This document shows, piece after piece, positions 1 through 10,200 of a DNA stretch of 64,000 nt. The notes below the pieces were generated by a model. The model searched no databases, was not told where the DNA came from, and saw only the letters and a program-made list of their open reading frames with translations. The first letter of the stretch is position 1. Each line of letters opens with the position of its first letter. Location: the NCBI GenBank assembly GCA_963766715.1, contig CAVYBH010000002.1, positions 160,001 through 224,000 on the forward strand, in the 5' to 3' direction. A program made the position numbers and the translations under genes. Source of the DNA: an uncultured delta proteobacterium (GTDB taxonomy: Bacteria > Myxococcota > Myxococcia > Myxococcales > Anaeromyxobacteraceae).

Positions 1-664
1 GAAGGACCTCGAGGACCCAGGTCTTCATGAGGATCCGGTCCTCGATGGCCGTGGTGGTGGGGACGTCGTGGACGCCGCGGTCCACGACCCCTTCCCGCGG
101 CGAGTAGAGCCGGCCCGGGTCGCCGGCCAGCACGCGGATGCCGCGGGAGGCGAGCCCTCGTCCCCAGGTCAGGAACTGGCCCGCCATGCTGCGCTCGTAG
201 AAGACGTCCCCGGCGAGCACCAGGTCCACGTCGGGGACGGTGCCGAGCGGGGACCCGGGGGCGAACTCGATCGTCACGCCGTTGCGGGCCGAGTTCAGCC
301 GGACGGCTGCCTCGCAGTACGGGTCCAGGTCCCAGGCCACCACGTGGGAGGCGCCGGCCATCGCGGCGGCGATGGCGACGAGCCCGCTGCCCGGTCCCGA
401 AGTCGAGGACGCGTCGACCGGCGACCTCGTCGGGGCGTGGTCGAGCACGTGGCGGGCCAGCGCCTGTCCGCCCGCCCAGGGAAAGGCCCAGAACGGCGAG
501 TCGTCCCACCCGGCCAGGTCGGCCGTGGTGGCGCGCCAGAGCTCGGTCATCTCGGTGGCCTGGTGGAGCTCGATCTCGGGAACGAGCGGCACCCGCTCGA
601 CGGCGGTGCGGCTCCGGACGAAGTCCATCCATTCCTCGAGCGAACGGGGCGAGGGATCGGGCAC
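1..664 (-). CDS. Class I SAM-dependent protein-lysine methyltransferase (METTL20/ETFBKMT-like, 'nicotinamide N-methyase' family); frameshifted, 3' end runs off window
   Basis: Manual minus-strand translation gives PFWAFPWAGGQALARH, RVLDFGTG-SGLVAIAAA, DLVLAGDVFYE and GDPGR motifs. The GTG start overlaps the upstream TAG (TAGTG). Not in the ORF track. Confidence 0.8.
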   Translation of the reverse strand, partial: MPDPSPRSLEEWMDFVRSRTAVERVPLVPEIELHQATEMTELWRATTADLAGWDDSPFWAFPWAGGQALARHVLDHAPTRSPVDASSTSGPGSGLVAIAAAMAGASHVVAWDLDPYCEAAVRLNSARNGVTIEFAPGSPLGTVPDVDLVLAGDVFYERSMAGQFLTWGRGLASRGIRVLAGDPGRLYSPREGVVDRGVHDVPTTTAIEDRILMKTWVLEVL

Positions 665-1758
665 TAGAGACCCGGATCCCAGCCGCTCGCCGGACCGCGC
701 GCGAGCCAGCTGCGGAGCATGGTCCACGCCAGGCCGAGGAGCGTCGGGCCGACGAAGACGCCGATGAAGCCCCAGGCGATGAGGCCGCCCATGGCGCCGA
801 GGAAGATCACCGACATGGGGAGGCCGGTCCCCCGGCTGATGACGTACGGGCGGGCCACCGAGTCGAGGACGTTGTTGACCACGAACCCCCACACGACGGT
901 GAAGATGGCCGCGCCCGGGCGGTTCATGTGCAGGAGCCAGGCCCCGGCGCCGAGGTAGACGAGCGCGATGCCGACCTGCATGACGTCGAGCACGAAGCTC
1001 GCGACCATGAGCACCGCGAGCAGCGGAACGCCGGCCAGCCAGAGCCCAATCCCCTCGACGAGGGCCAGCGCCGCTGCGGCGCCGATGACGCCGACCGAGA
1101 CGTACCGGATGGTCCGGGCGGCGAGCTCCAGGAGGTAGACGCCGTGCTGCCCGCCCACGCGGGAGGCGATGCTCACCGCCATGTCCGTTCCGCGGGCGCC
1201 GCCCGCCAGCATCGGCCAGGCGAGCACGGTGGCGAGGACCACCTGGACGATGGTCCAGCTCGTGCCGAGGACGCGCATCACCGCCCACTCCGCCATTCGC
1301 GCGGGGTCGGTGCGGCTTCCGGCCGACTGCGCCAGGATCCCGTCGACGGACTCCTTCCAGGTTCCCTGCAGGAGGCGGCCGACGACCGGCACCCGCCGCA
1401 TCCACTCCGGCGGCGCGGGGAGGTTCCAGGAGTCGGGGTGGGAGAGGAACTCGACGACCGAGCGGACGCTGGGGATGAGCGCGAAGGCGGTGAGCACGAT
1501 GGGCGCCACCACCAGCACGAGCAGCACGGTCACCGACAGCGTCGCCGCCAGGTGCGGCCGTCCCCCGGTCCGGGACACGAAGTAGACGTGGAGCGGCCAG
1601 ATCGTGACCGACATGAAGAGCGACCACAGGAGGATGGTCCCGAAGGGGGCGAGGATGGTGAAGGCGGTGGCGAGCAGCGCGACGACGAGCGAGAGCGCGA
1701 GCCCGCGCTCGAAGAGTCCGCGGCCTGCATGGGGCGCCTCGTGTCGATCCACCGATAC
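664..1758 (-). CDS. AI-2E family (PerM/YdiK-like) transporter
   Basis: ORF 664..1788, multi-TM, C-terminal motif DSVARPYVISRG-LPMSVIFLGAMGGLIAWGFIGVFVGP; start approximate. Confidence 0.88.
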   Translation of the reverse strand, partial: VSVDRHEAPHAGRGLFERGLALSLVVALLATAFTILAPFGTILLWSLFMSVTIWPLHVYFVSRTGGRPHLAATLSVTVLLVLVVAPIVLTAFALIPSVRSVVEFLSHPDSWNLPAPPEWMRRVPVVGRLLQGTWKESVDGILAQSAGSRTDPARMAEWAVMRVLGTSWTIVQVVLATVLAWPMLAGGARGTDMAVSIASRVGGQHGVYLLELAARTIRYVSVGVIGAAAALALVEGIGLWLAGVPLLAVLMVASFVLDVMQVGIALVYLGAGAWLLHMNRPGAAIFTVVWGFVVNNVLDSVARPYVISRGTGLPMSVIFLGAMGGLIAWGFIGVFVGPTLLGLAWTMLRSWLARGPASGWDPGL

Positions 1759-1808
1759 CCCATACCCTCCCGCGCACCGCCGCGGCAACGGCCTGCTATG
1801 GTTTCTCC

Positions 1809-3060
1809 ATGGCCAGCCCTCGAGACAAGTCCGCGTACATCGTCCGGGCCCCCACCGCGGTACTCACCCGGGGCTTCGATCCGCACCTCTCGGTCGGGTC
1901 GGCCCGCCCCGCCGTCTTCCGGTCGTCGACCTACGTGTTCTCCAGCCCGGAGAAGGCCGAGCGGGCCTTCGCCATCGCGCTCGGCAAGGCGCGGCCCGCC
2001 GCGGGGGAGAGCGTCGACCTGATCTACTCGCGCCTGTCCCACCCCAACGCGGAGATCCTCGAGGACCAGATCGTCCCGCTCGAGAAGGGGGCCGAGGCCG
2101 CGGCGGTCTTCAACTCCGGGATGGCGGCCATCTCCACGCTCTTCCTCACCGCCTGCCAGCCGGGCACGAGCTTCGTCTACACGGTGCCGCTCTACGGGGG
2201 TACCCAGCACCTCATCCACCAGCTCCTCGAGCCGCTGGGCATGAAGGGCATCCCGGTCCTGGCCGGCGACACGCCAGGCGATCACCCGGGCCATCGCCGG
2301 CGCGTCGAACCTCAAGCTGGTGCTGGTGGAGTCGCCCGCCAATCCCACCCTGACCATGACGGACATCGCGGCCGCCTCCGCCGCGGCGCGGGCGCACCCG
2401 GATCGCCCGCTCGTGGCGGTGGACAACACCTTCATGGGGCCGACCTTCCAGCACCCGCTGCTCCTGGGCGCCGACCTGGCCGTCTACTCCGCCACCAAGT
2501 ACCTGGGTGGCTTCAGCGACATGCTGGGCGGCGTGGTGCTGGGGAGCGACCCCGAGCTCGTGGCGCGGATGCGCGGCACCCGCGCCATCCTGGGGAACAT
2601 CCTGCAGCCGGACGAGTGCTGGCTGCTCGACGGAAGGCTCCCCACGGTCGGGCTGCGGATGAACCGGCAGTCGAAGAACGCCCAGCGCATCGCCGAGGCC
2701 CTGGTCGGGCACCCCAAGCTGAAGCGGGTCATCTACCCGTCGCTCCTGACCGATCCCGAGCAGGTGCGGATCCGGGACGCCCAGTGCGACTACCCCGGCG
2801 GCATCGTCACCATCGAGATGCAGGGCGGGAAGCGGGCGGCCTTCGAGTTCCTGCGCCACCTCCGCATCGCCAAGAACGCGGTCAGCCTGGGCGGCGTCGA
2901 GACCCTGGTCTGCCATCCGGCCACCACCACGCACTCCGAGATGTCGGAGGACGAGCTCGCGCGCTACGGCGTCGGGGACGACCTGGTCCGGATCTCGGTG
3001 GGCATCGAGCACTGGCGCGACCTGCTCGCCGAGTTCCAGGCCGCCCTCGACGCGGTCTGA
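1809..3060 (+). CDS. PLP-dependent trans-sulfuration enzyme (cystathionine gamma-synthase / methionine gamma-lyase family); frameshift ~2280
   Basis: YSRLSHPN, FNSGMAAI, ESPANPT, VDNTF, YSATKYLGG (PLP lysine), VSLGGVETL, RISVGIE across ORFs 1809.. and 2320..3060. Confidence 0.92.
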
Positions 3061-3069
3061 GGCCGGCCG

Positions 3070-4032
3070 TCACCCCGCGACGGCGCGGGCCAGCTCGATC
3101 ACGGAGAGCGGAGACGAGCCCTCCGCCTTGTTGTTGACGATCACCAGCCCCTCCTTGCCGGCGCGGACCGCGCGGGCGATCAGGGCGGCGATCGAGGCGC
3201 GGCTCTCCGGGTCGGGCGCCGCGAGCCAATCGAAGGGGGCGTAGAGCTCCCGCGCCTCCTCGTAGCCGCGCCCGTGCCCGAGCATCCACCGCACGAGCAG
3301 CGAGGGCTGGCCCTCCACCGGGAGGAGCGCCGCCTGGGCCTCGAGCGTCGGCATGGAGGGGTGCACCGTGAAGCCGTGCGAGGCGCCGGCGTCCGCGAGG
3401 GCGGCGGCATAGGCAGGGTGCAGGAGCTCCCGGTTCCGGATCTCGACGGCGTACGGCGCCTCCCGGGGGAGGGCGGCCAGGAAGCCGGCCAGCCGCGCGG
3501 CGAAGCGCGCGGGGTCGCGGGTCTCGCCGCGGGGGAGCGGCGGGAACTGGAAGAGGAGGACGCCCAGCCGGCTCCCGAGCCCTTCCACCGCGGGTCCCAC
3601 GACCTCGTCGCGCGCGAAGCCCGCATCCAGGAAGCGGGGGTTCGCCGCCGCGGGGCCGCGCGCTCCGCCTTCCCGGATCTCCGGGAAGGTGCAGAGCTGC
3701 GAGGCCTTCACCAGGAAGCGGAATCCGGCCGGGACCTGCGAGGCGTGGCGCGCGAAGCCGGCCGCGTCGAGGGGCGCGTAGAAGGTCCGGTCGAGCCCCA
3801 CGGCGCGCAGGAGCGGGTGGCGGGCGTAGGCGCCGAGCCCCTCGCGCGAGAGCCGGTCGGCGCCGGCGCGGCCCGCGTAGACGAGCCCGGTCCAGCCCGG
3901 AAAGGACCACGAGGAGGTTCCGAGACGGACCGAGGCCGGGAGCCGCCCGGACAGCTCCGTGACCATGGGTGAAGGCGGAGCGGCGCCCACGGCGGGCTCG
4001 GCGGCGGCCCCGAAGAGCCCCAGTTGCTCCAT
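3070..4032 (-). CDS. DUF72 domain protein
   Basis: RLGTSSWSFPGW, DRTFYAP, FRFLVKA, LGVLLFQFPP, YAVEIRN, VIVNNKAEG. Confidence 0.9.
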   Translation of the reverse strand: MEQLGLFGAAAEPAVGAAPPSPMVTELSGRLPASVRLGTSSWSFPGWTGLVYAGRAGADRLSREGLGAYARHPLLRAVGLDRTFYAPLDAAGFARHASQVPAGFRFLVKASQLCTFPEIREGGARGPAAANPRFLDAGFARDEVVGPAVEGLGSRLGVLLFQFPPLPRGETRDPARFAARLAGFLAALPREAPYAVEIRNRELLHPAYAAALADAGASHGFTVHPSMPTLEAQAALLPVEGQPSLLVRWMLGHGRGYEEARELYAPFDWLAAPDPESRASIAALIARAVRAGKEGLVIVNNKAEGSSPLSVIELARAVAG

Positions 4033-4269
4033 TCCAGCGTCCGTGTCCCTGCGTGGGCGGCGACCCGACATGCAAGAAATCTAAGAGAACCATGCCAGCC
4101 GCGCCCCGATGGGGGCTGAAAAACGTTCCTCACGTCCCGTGAAAGGAAGGACGGGGTAGATCGAATCAAGGGACTTTCGGATCCGCCGCACCGGGGGTTA
4201 AAGAAGGGCCGCCGCCGGCGTGCGGCCAGGAGAGAGGACGAGTGACGGACGGGACTCACGAGACGGACA

Positions 4270-4891
4270 GTGAAGACCTCGGCGGTGGCCCTCGGGGCCG
4301 CCCTCGCGTTCTTCCCGTCGTCCGTGGGGCAGCCCGGTCTCGGTTCCGCGGGTGGCGCCGCCGCCGCCCGCGGCGCAGCGCCCGATCGATCCGCTCGCGG
4401 CGCACGTCCTCGAGCGCATGCCCTCGATGGACGTCGAGGCCGCCTCCGATCTCGCGTCGCCGTGCGCGCCGAGGCCGTCGCCGCGGAGCTCGATCCCGTG
4501 CTGGTGATGGCGGTGATCGGGGTCGAGTCCGCCTGGGAGCCGGCCGCCATCTCCGAGCGAGGGGCGAGGGGGCTCATGCAACTGCGCAAGGTCGCGCAGG
4601 CCGGCGAGGAGCGGGAGGCCGGACTCGCTCCCGGGGACGTCCACGACCCCGTCCACAACGTCCGGATGGGCATCCGCTACCTGGCCCGCATGGTCGACGC
4701 CTTCGGGGACGAGGACCTGGGACTCATCGCCTACAACGCGGGGCCGACCCGGCTCTCGTCCTACCTGCAGGCGGTCGGGGAGGTCCCCGACTCGATGTGG
4801 TCGTACGTCCGGAGGGTCCGGCGGGAGGAGCGGCGAGATCCGGCGCGAGATGCTGCGCGCCGAGGTCCTCGTGGCCAACGCGGCGAGGTAG
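4270..4891 (+). CDS. Lytic transglycosylase (SLT domain); frameshifted
   Basis: LVMAVIGVES, AISERGARGLMQL, DPVHNVRMGIRYL, AYNAGP; hydrophobic N-terminus; likely TAG at 4889-4891. Confidence 0.85.
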
Positions 4892-4902
4892 ACTGCGCCG
4901 CC

Positions 4903-5548
4903 ATGCCCCGAAGAAGGAAAGCCCCGTCCCGGCCCGAGGCCTGGACCCGGGGCGAGCTCGCCACGCTGCGCCGCCTCGACTCTCCCGGCCGGATCCAGGA
5001 ATTCCTGGATGGTCTCGCCTACCGGTCGGAGGACGCTCCCGCATCGCCCCGCCGCGTCCTGGCCGAGCGCCGGGCCCACTGCTACGACGGCGCCCTCTTC
5101 GCCGCCGCCGCGCTCCGCCGCATCGGGCACCCGCCGCTGCTCGTGGACCTGCAGGCGGTGCGCGACGACGACCACGTGCTGGCCGTGTTCCGCTCGCGCG
5201 GCCACTTCGGCGCGGTGGCCAAGTCGAACTTCGTCGGGCTGCGCTTCCGCGAGCCGATCTTCCGGACGGTCCGGGAGCTCGCGCTCAGCTACTTCGAGAG
5301 CTACTTCAACCTGGAGGGGGAGAAGACCCTGCGGGCGGTCTCGGCCCCCTTCGACCTCGCGCGCTTCGACCGGCTCCAGTGGACCTTTCGCGACGAGCAC
5401 CTCCCCCGGCTGGCCGAGCGGCTCGACGGCTCCCGCCACTTCCGGATCCTGACCCCGGCGATGGAGCGCGTGCTCCGCCCGGTGGACGCGCGATCGATGA
5501 AGGGCGGCATGGTGGGCACGGATCCCCTCCGGCCTCCACGCCGCCTGA
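4903..5548 (+). CDS. Conserved hypothetical protein, transglutaminase/papain-like Cys-His motifs
   Basis: ATG 4903; SPRRVLAERRAHCYDGALFAAAAL, DDHVLAVFR, GAVAKSNFVGLRFREP; merged with neighbours in the ORF track by indels. Confidence 0.7.
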
Positions 5549-6452
5549 TTGCGGAGCCCCTTGCGCACGTCCAGCACACGGCTCTTCGCCGTCGCCGTCG
5601 CCATCTGGGGCACCACCTGGATCGCCATCACCTTCCAGCTGGGCCGTGCGCCGCCCGAGGTCAGCGTGGCGCTGCGGTTCGCCATCGCGTCGGCCATCCT
5701 CTTCGGGTGGTGCCGGCTCCGGGGGCTGCGGCTGCGCTTCCCGCCCGCCGTGCACGCGCAGCTCGCGCTGCTCGGTCTCTTCATGTTCTGCCTCTCCTAC
5801 CTGGCGGTCTATCGCGCCGAGACCTACCTGGTCTCGGGGCTGGTGGCGGTCGGGTACTCCGCGAGCCCGCTCGTCAACCTGGCCATCTCGCGAGTGGCCT
5901 TCGGGACGCCCGCCACCCGGCACGTGGTGGTGGGCGGGCTGCTCGGCGTGGCGGGCATCGCGCTCGTCTACTCGCCCGAGCTCTCGCGCGCGCAGGGGCC
6001 GGGCGTCGTCACCGGTGCCCTGCTCACCGCCTGCGCGGTCCTGGCGTCCGGGATCGGCAACGTCTTCGCCACCCGGCTCGACCGCCTGGGGGTGACCGTC
6101 GCGCAGAAGATGGCGTGGGGAATGGCCTACGGCTCGACCGTCAGCGCGCTGGTCGCGCTGGGGAGCGGGGAGGGGTTCTCGATCTCCGTGACCCCGTCCT
6201 ACGTCCTGTCGCTCCTCTACCTGGCCGTGTTCGGCTCCATCCTGGCCTTCGCGGCCTTCCTGACCCTCCTCGAGCGGGTGGGCGCCGCCCGGGCTGGCTA
6301 CGTCGGCGTGATGACCCCGGTGGTGGCGCTCGCCATCTCCGGGGCGCTGGAGGGATTCGGGTGGGGCCCGGCGACCGTTCTCGGCATCGCCGTCGTGGTG
6401 GCGGGAAACCTCGTGGTGCTGCGCGGGCGAACGGGAGTCAATTTCCGATTGA
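5549..6452 (+). CDS. EamA/DMT family permease
   Basis: IWGTTW, LRFAIAS, YLAVFGSILAF, about 10 TMs; true stop probably TGA 6450-6452 (off by one base). Confidence 0.88.
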
Positions 6453-6503
6453 CCGGCGGCACGCCCGCCCGCATGAGAGGAGTGGAACCGCCCGGAGGTG
6501 ACC

Positions 6504-6986
6504 ATGGACCCGGCAAGATTCTCCGATGCGCTGCGGATGTTCCCGCTGGGCGTGAACGTCGTGACGGTGGGCAGGGGAGGGGCGGAGAACGGGCTCACCG
6601 TCTCCTGGGCGATGCCGGCCTCGTTCGACCCGCCCATGTTCCTGGTCGCGCTGGACCGCCTCCACTACAGCGTCGACTTCGTGAAGAGCACGAAGAACTT
6701 CGCGGTCAACGTGCTCGCCGAGGGCCAGGAACGCCTGGCGGGACAGTTCGCGCGGCAGGCCATGCTGGGCGAGGACAAGCTCGCCGGGGTCGGGTGGCGG
6801 GCCGGGGAGACGGGGGCGCCCATCCTGGTGGACGCGGTCGCCTACTTTGACTGTGAGTTGAAGGAGATCCTCGAGGCCGGGGATCACCACCTGCTCCTCG
6901 GCACGGTGGTGGAGGCCGGGTCCCTGCGCGACGCGAGGCCGCTCGTGGGCGGGGCGTCGCTCCGGTACCAGAAGTCACATCCCTGA
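6504..6986 (+). CDS. Flavin reductase-like (DIM6/NTAB) protein
   Basis: FPLGVNVVT, SFDPPM, FAVNVL, GAPIL, AGDHHLLLG; GGAGG RBS upstream. Confidence 0.92.
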   Translation: MDPARFSDALRMFPLGVNVVTVGRGGAENGLTVSWAMPASFDPPMFLVALDRLHYSVDFVKSTKNFAVNVLAEGQERLAGQFARQAMLGEDKLAGVGWRAGETGAPILVDAVAYFDCELKEILEAGDHHLLLGTVVEAGSLRDARPLVGGASLRYQKSHP

Positions 6987-7261
6987 CGACTCTTCTGGGT
7001 CAGTACGATCGGGCCAGCTGTGTCCCTCGAACGAGGGGCGAAGCGCAGGCCTAGTCGCAGATTTGTCCTAAGTAATTCAATATTTACACGTGAATCCACG
7101 CCGGTGCGTCTCGCATACGGGGGCTTCCGTTGGCAGACGCAACAAGTGCGCGAACGGCCTCGCGATGCGCTCGAACACGCGTCAGGGAGCCGTTTCGCGT
7201 ATGTCGTACCTTTCGTGCGCGCACATTTGGCGACACGCCAGGCACCGGTGAGGGAGAGCAC

Positions 7262-10200
7262 ATGAATCGACGCTCGATTGGGGAGAAGCCTGACCATCCT
7301 CGGATGGGCGATGGTCGCTCCGTCGCTGCCCCGGCCGTCGCGCACGCGCAGATCGCGGGCGAGAGCGTCAACATGGTCTCCGGCATCCAGTGGCCGGGCG
7401 GCGACCCCTTCCTCCAGCGGCAGAACGAGCCGTCGATCGCGGTCTCGTCCGCGAACCCGATGCACCTGCTCGCGGGCGCCAACGACTACCGCTCGGTCGA
7501 CATCGCGAGCCTTCGTTCAAGGCCGGCGAGCAGCAAAGATGGCGGCGACGCCTGGCAGGGCGTCTTCAAGTCGTACGACGGCGGCCAGACCTGGAAGAGC
7601 TACCTCATGCCCGGCTACCCGCAGGACCAGTCCGCCGAGGGCGCCAGCTCGGCGGTGCGCGGTCCGGCCGGCGAGGTGCTCTACAACGCCGCCGCCGACT
7701 CGGTGGTCCGGGCGGGCACCGACGGCATGTTCTACTTCGCCGGGATCGTCTTCAAGCGAGGCACGGGCGACGGGCGCGTCGTCCTGAACCGGTTCATCGA
7801 CCTCAACAACAAGGAGGACGGCAGCCCGGTCGGCGGCACCGACTCGATCCGCTGGATCGACGCGAAGGTCATCGACCAGGGCGGCACCGGGACGTACTTC
7901 GCCGACAAGCCCTGGATCGCCGTCGACGTCCCGCGGCCCGGCACGACCACCTGCAACATCCAGAAGTTCGGGCGCACCGTCGCGGGCGGCGCGATCTACG
8001 TGGTGTGGGCCCGGATCTACAGCGACACCCAGTCCGACATCATGTTCTCCCGGTCCCTCGACTGCGGCGACACCTGGAGCGCCCCGCTCAAGCTGAACGA
8101 CCAGAAGGCGCTGGCGAGCCAGGGCGCGTCGATCTCGGTCGACCCGCGCACCGGCTACGTCTACGTGGCCTGGCGCAGGTTCGGGCTGGTGGGCGCGAGC
8201 CCGAAGCAGGACGAGGACGCCATCTTCGCGGTCCGCTCCTTCAGCATGGGCCAGAAGTTCACGCATCCCGCGCCTGGTCACCACCTTCATCCCCTTCGAG
8301 CAGGGACAGGGCGCCTACCGGTTCCGCACCGAGGTGTTCCCCACCATCGTGTCCGCCATGGACGCGAAGGGCACGCGCAGCTGGACGCACGTCGCATGGT
8401 CGCAGCGGGCCGCGGCCGGCGCCGATGGGCAGATTGTCATGACCCACGTGGTCGTGTCCGCGCCGCCCAAGAGCTTCGACGAGTGGAACGACCCGCTCGA
8501 CGGCTGGACCATCCCGCCCGATCCCGTCGACGCGACGCCGGTCCTGGACCGCCCGAACGGCAACGCCTTCACCCGGGGTCACCAGTTCATGCCCGCGCTG
8601 ACCTTCTCGCAGGGCAAGCTCGTGGTGGTCTACTACGACAGCCGGCTCGACCACACCCGCAACTACTACACGCCGCACCAGAACCAGGATCCCTGCGCGC
8701 CGGTCGGGACCTGCTGGGTCCCCAACGATCAGGGGCGCTGGTACGACGAGGAGCGTGGGCCTCTCGGCGACCGGACCGGCCTCGACTGGACGACCGAGAC
8801 CCTCGACGACCTCTACATGACCCAGACGCGTCACACCATCGACGTCCGCATGGCCACGGCCGACGCGATCGGCGAAGCCGGTCTTCACGAGCGCCACGCT
8901 CTCTCGCATGCCCTTCGGCGAGCGGGGCGACGAGCTCGATCTCTACGGCGCGACCGGCCAGGCGCCGGGATTCGTCGGATCCGATCCGATGGTCGACGGC
9001 CCGCCGGACGCGTCGGGGAACCCGACCCTTCTGCGGCTGCAGGACCTCCAGGTGAACCCGCCGAACCTGCCCATGTTCAAGAACGGGACCACGCCGTTCA
9101 TCGGCGACTACATCGACGTGCAGGGCCCGATGTTCGTCCGCACCGCCACCGGGTGGGCGTTCAACACGGCGCCCAACGCCGGCCCCCGTCTTCCACGCGG
9201 TCTGGACCTCCAACCAGGACGTCGTCCCGCCGCGCCGTCGCGAATGGTTTCCGCGACTGGAAGCGGTACACGCCACCGGCATCGCCGGCCGCCCCTCGGT
9301 GACCACGAGCACTACGATCCGGGCCAGAGCCTCGCGACCGGCTGCGATCCCGGATTCACCGGCACCCGCAACCAGAACGTCTACACGGCGCGGATCTCCG
9401 ACGGGCTCGTGGTCACGTCGCCCCAGAACGCCAAGAAGCTCGGCGCGACCGGCGCGAGGACCTTCGTGGTCTCGGCGTTCAACGCCACGAACGACGACAG
9501 GCTGTTCCGGTTCTCCTTCGGCTCCCAGACGGCCGGTGTCGGCGCCTCGTTCCGTCCCTTCGAGGCCAAGGCGACCGTCGACGTGAAGGTCCCGCCCATT
9601 CCGCGGCCGTCCAGACGGTCTTCCTGCGCGTCCTCGCCGGCGTCGACCCGGCCACCGTGAATCCCGCGACGACCGTCGTGAACGTGGACGAGGTGACTGC
9701 CGGCGTCACGTCGCCGCTCCACGGCTTCGTGACCCTGAACCCGCCGGGCCCCGTGTTCGACATGGCGCCGCTCGACAACGGGAGCTCCTCCGATGCCCTG
9801 GAGGACGCTCGACGTGCAAGCTGAGCGCGGCCAGCCTCTACTACGCGAACCTGTCGAACGCGCACCTGTCGAACGCGAATCTCTCCAACGCGAACCTGTC
9901 GAACGCGAACCTCTCCAACGCGAACCTGTCGAACGCGAACCTGTCGAACGCCAACCTCTCCAACAACGACCCGGCGTCCTTCACGCTGGAGGCGGCGCAC
10001 CTCTCCAACGCGAACCTCTCGAACTCGGACCTCTCGAGCGCGAACCTGTCGAACGCGAACCTGTCGAACGCGAATCTCTCCAACGCGAACCTGTCGAACG
10101 CCAACCTCTCCAACGCCAACCTCTCCAACGCGGCCCTCGCGGACGTCGACTACACGGTGACCAACACGGGCAACACGACCCAGGGCTTCGACGTCGGGCT

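Noticed and set aside
4072..4260. Possible c-di-AMP or c-di-GMP riboswitch ahead of the lytic transglycosylase
   Set aside because: Only short hairpins and an isolated GCTGAA; the conserved ydaO and GEMM core sequences are absent.
4270..6501. 743-aa SLT/hypothetical fusion in the ORF track
   Set aside because: A separate ATG at 4903 just after an off-frame TAG indicates an indel-generated read-through.
9800..9845. TGA near 9822 as a selenocysteine codon
   Set aside because: The TGA is out of the coding frame (CTG AGC); there is no Cys-equivalent context or SECIS-like element.
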